Source: Dicyema japonicum
Lineage: Eukaryota; Animalia; Dicyemida
Direction: 5' to 3'
Assembly: GCA_011109175.1 (NCBI GenBank)
Contig: RDEW01000017.1
Span: 833,443-897,442 of the forward strand
Length of the DNA stretch: 64,000 bases
The notes under the pieces are model-generated. The model was not told the origin of the DNA, searched no databases, and saw only the letters and a program-made list of their open reading frames with translations. How positions within the stretch are numbered: position 1 is the stretch's first letter; each line of letters starts with the position of its first letter. The translations under genes and the position numbers were made by a program. Shown one piece after another: positions 60,491-64,000 of this stretch.

Positions 60491-61499
60491 AATTTGTCTT
60501 GTCTCTCTCTAGCCACAGATTTTGTCTTGTTTGTGGTACACTTTTTTGGTTACTCTTCCGTTTATCTCCCTTGCCTATAATAACGATAAAACGTGCCCAG
60601 TTGTCCATCCAAGCAGGTAACAACGTCCATTTGAAGTTTTGGGTTAGATTTGAGCATTTTATCTGCCATATCCCCCTTTCGAGAAGACACCAATTGTAAC
60701 AACTTTAGAGACAAGTCGAGTGTCATTACTCCCAGTCAACTCAATAGCCCTGAAAGCCTTAATAGATTCGACAAATTACTGAGTCAGGTTTCTTATCCTT
60801 CAAAAACTTGTCCACTACATTGTCGACCACATCTTTCTGTAAGTTTCTTAGAGGGAGGAACTTCTTGGCCATGGTGACAGAATCATTGTTCCGGGAAAAG
60901 AGACTGATGGATTTTACCAAGTTAGTGTTTGTGAGGTTGTCCAGAGATATTTTGTTTTTAAAAAAAATAAGCAATTTCATTTCTCCTGAGTGGGTTAGCT
61001 GAAGGTGTTTTTCTGGGTAATGAGAGGGATATTACCTTTTTGTAGATCAGATTGTTGAAATAACCAATCAATAGAATCTAATAGACTGTCAATGTTGTCT
61101 GGTAGAAATGTAAAATCGTCAGAGGCACAATTCTTCACTGTATTTAGTGCGTCTAAGTAACTGTCCTTTTTATAAAACAACACAACAAAGTACTTTCATA
61201 AATAATTTGCTTCCTCAACTGATATTTGTTTAATTGTTAAAAAAAAATTTAATTAAAAAAAAAAAAAAATTAATATTATTATTATTTTATTTATTAAATT
61301 GTCATGACCTGGATGATGTGTCCTCTTTCTTAAGAAGGAGCGTTGTAAGGTCCTTTAGGCACAACGCCCATATGGCAACATCAAACATGGTCTTGAATCG
61401 CTTGTTATCCGCCTCGCATAGAACTCCAGGGGCTGACCGTGGAGATTAGAAGAGACTTGATGGATTATATATTTTTCTCATTTTTACGTGTAAGATCTT

Positions 61500-63230
61500 T
61501 TTCGTCTATCCGCCTTTTTCAGTATCCATGATTCTGCGCCGTATAGAAAAACCGGGAACATGATTGCATTAATTAGTCTGCATTTGGTCCTTAAGCAAAT
61601 ATCTTTGTTTTTCCAAATTCTATTCATTCTCTGGAAGGTGTCTCGTCCCATGGCAATTCACCTCTTGATTTCCAGCATCCGTCACTATTTCGATAATTAG
61701 ACATCTCAGAAAGACAACATTATCGCAACTCTATTTTCTCATTCTCAATTTGTAGTTCCATTATTAGCAGTCGTCATAATTTTGGTTTTCTTGATATTTA
61801 GCAATAAACCAAAGACGGTGCTCTCTTCTCTGAATCTTAGAATCAACTCCCTGAGGCCATCCTCTGTTTCAGCCAGTAAGGTTGTATCGTCAGCATAGCA
61901 CAAATTATTGATGTTCCTGCCTCCAATTTTAATTCCGTTATTTGATACAGTATCCAATTTCCTGAGGCCATCCTCTGTTTCAGCCAGTAAGGTTGTATCG
62001 TCAGCATATCGCAAATTATTGATGTTCCTGCCTCCAATTTTAATCCCGTTATTTGATACAGTATCCAATTTAGTCATGATCATTTCGGCATAAATATTGA
62101 ATAGGATGGGAGATAATGAGCATCCTTGTCTTACTCCTTTACCAATTTTGAACCAATCGGTATCTCCAACACTGTTCTAACAGTAGCTTCTTGATCCTTT
62201 AAAGAGATTTGATAAGCAATGCCAGATGGGCATCGAATCCAAATTCTTTTAAAGAGGACCACAGCTTGTCATGTATAACGGAATCAAAAGCTTTCCGATA
62301 GTCAATGAAGCACATGTATACACTCTTTTAGGATTCATGGGCTTTCCCCCTAATCCACCGGACATTTGGTCACGTGTGCCTCGTCCCTTCCTGAATCCTG
62401 CTTGGTAGAATCATTTCGGCATTTGGCATCAGACGATGTTGTATTATCTTTAGAAGTATTTTGCGAACGTGGGGAATTAAGGCTATTGCACGATAGTTTG
62501 AACAGTCCTTGGTATCCCCTTTTTTTGGTATTGGAATAAAAATAGATCTTTTCCACTCACGTGGCCAAATATCAGTTTCCCAAATATTTTGACATAGACT
62601 GGTGATAGCTGTCACCGGTATAGCCTTCAACAATTCGCTCGAGATGTTGTCAATCCTTGGTGCCTTCCTCCCCGTTAATTGCCATGTAGCCCACACGCAT
62701 TCCTCCTCAAGGATTTTATGCCCCTCATTCAACGTTGCTTCATTAACATATATGGGTGGGCACACAATTTCTGAATATAGCTTTTCCGTATATTCTCTCC
62801 AACGATTTTGGATGTCTGTTGGCTTAGTAATTCAACACCATCTTTGTCCTTGATTTTGTCCATCATTATCGTAAAAGGGGTTCGTAATTTTTTTAGTTCA
62901 TTCCTAGTGTGACCTCTCTTATAGTCATTTTTAATTTTTTGCAGCGTAACCTCCAGTAGTCCTTATCCTTCCTGGCTGCCTTTTTGAACTCAGAGTTAAA
63001 TTTTCTTGTCTAGTCTATATTCCCAGAGACTTTACCAGCTTTACGAGCCTCAGCAATGTTTAGGGTGTTGGCAGAGAGCCACTCAGAGCATTTTGTATTT
63101 GACATGTTTTATTGCAGCGTTCCTGATAACCAACTGCATACCATTCCACAATTCATCAGGCATTCTTGCGTTCAAAATTTAATATTTTCTATTATTAGGG
63201 TGATATTACCATTTACAAACACGTGTTTTT
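61500..63230 (-). mobile_element. RTE family B RT region with an internal tandem duplication
   Basis: KAPRIDNI; WPREWKRSIFIPIPKKGD; FIDYRKAFDSV; GVRQGCSLSP; LRYADD twice. Confidence 0.85.
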
Positions 63231-63304
63231 AATAGTCACGTTTTTGTCAAATTTAATTGAGACATGAGAGTATTATTGGGATATCGAAAATACAGAACTT
63301 TTAT

Positions 63305-63500
63305 TATTTTATTTATTAACCCCAGGATCATCGAGAAAAAATGATAAAAGTAATGTCAAATAGTTAGGTGATCTTAGTTCCCGCAACCAAACGTGCCATT
63401 CGAAGCCTGTGTGTCTTCATTGTACCTACTGTCGAACGGAAATGCCTTCTTTGATCCTTGCAAAAGAAGCCGATTGGGGACGGAAATTTCTTAGCGAACC
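63305..63500 (-). mobile_element. LINE 3' tail fragment
   Basis: AGATCACC...GATGATCCTGGGGTTAATAAATAA. Confidence 0.55.
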
Positions 63501-64000
63501 GATAGAACTTTTAGTTTTATCATTTTCGTATTTTAAGATTGAATATTATAAAATTAATAATATTTTAAAAATAATTATTAAGTGGTTAACCTAAATAACA
63601 AATAATAAACGTTTAAAATGAGTGAACGCTTTAGAATTTATTAGTGGATGCAGTAATTGTTATTATTTACGCAATAGTAACCAAAGATTTTCAGAGTTGT
63701 ATTTAAATGATCGATCACACCTAAGAGAGTTCAAAGTCTTAGTTTGATATAAATTGTAGGGTACGGAGTCCTTTCTTCCTCAATATCTTCACTTTGGTGG
63801 ATTAGTGAAGATGCAAATTAATTCGTTCAACAGTTTCGTTCAAAAACACGTTGTTACTTCCATTATTATTAGATTAAAGAGATTGTGAGGGCACAGAATC
63901 AATTTTACTCATTTGCCACAGGAAGCTTGTTTATAGAGTAATTTGTGATATCATTCTCAGATATAAGGATATCTATGTTGGTCACCCTGAAGTATCAGAC

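Noticed and set aside
60500-61200. Coding-like minus-strand stretch
   Set aside because: Broken frames and no recognisable family; possibly a retroelement N-terminus.
63500-64000. Possible gene end at the window edge
   Set aside because: No recognisable domain or consistent exon model.

Overview
AT-rich eukaryotic (animal) DNA. Six host genes, about 9.1 kb or 14% of the window, sit in a dense mosaic of nested transposon relics. The genes are an endophilin-B-like protein, an unannotated secreted Cys-module protein, a WNK kinase, a myosin essential light chain, cytoplasmic tyrosyl-tRNA synthetase and STARD3/MLN64. Every intron I could resolve is about 19-31 nt and almost all are GT-AG. Together with the spiralian-type light chain (DFWDGRDG), this suggests a dicyemid mesozoan; that is an inference, not proven. 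TEs include non-LTR elements (I-group/Ingi-like APE-RT, two RTE families, CRE-like and R4/Dong-like REL elements), two tRNA-derived SINE families, and DNA transposons (MULE, hAT, pogo, Tc1-like, Ginger-like). Highlights: (1) a near-full-length RTE with a 5' inversion bounded by a perfect 15-bp TSD, matching twin-priming geometry; (2) a secreted protein built from three two-module Cys units with intron phases 1,0,2,1,0,2,1,0,2,1; (3) a covarying 3' stem-loop shared by divergent LINEs and a SINE; (4) an apparently intact MULE with modular foldback TIRs and a 28-nt intron. A one-base loss in a homopolymer in TyrRS suggests assembly indels, so single frameshifts elsewhere should be read with caution.
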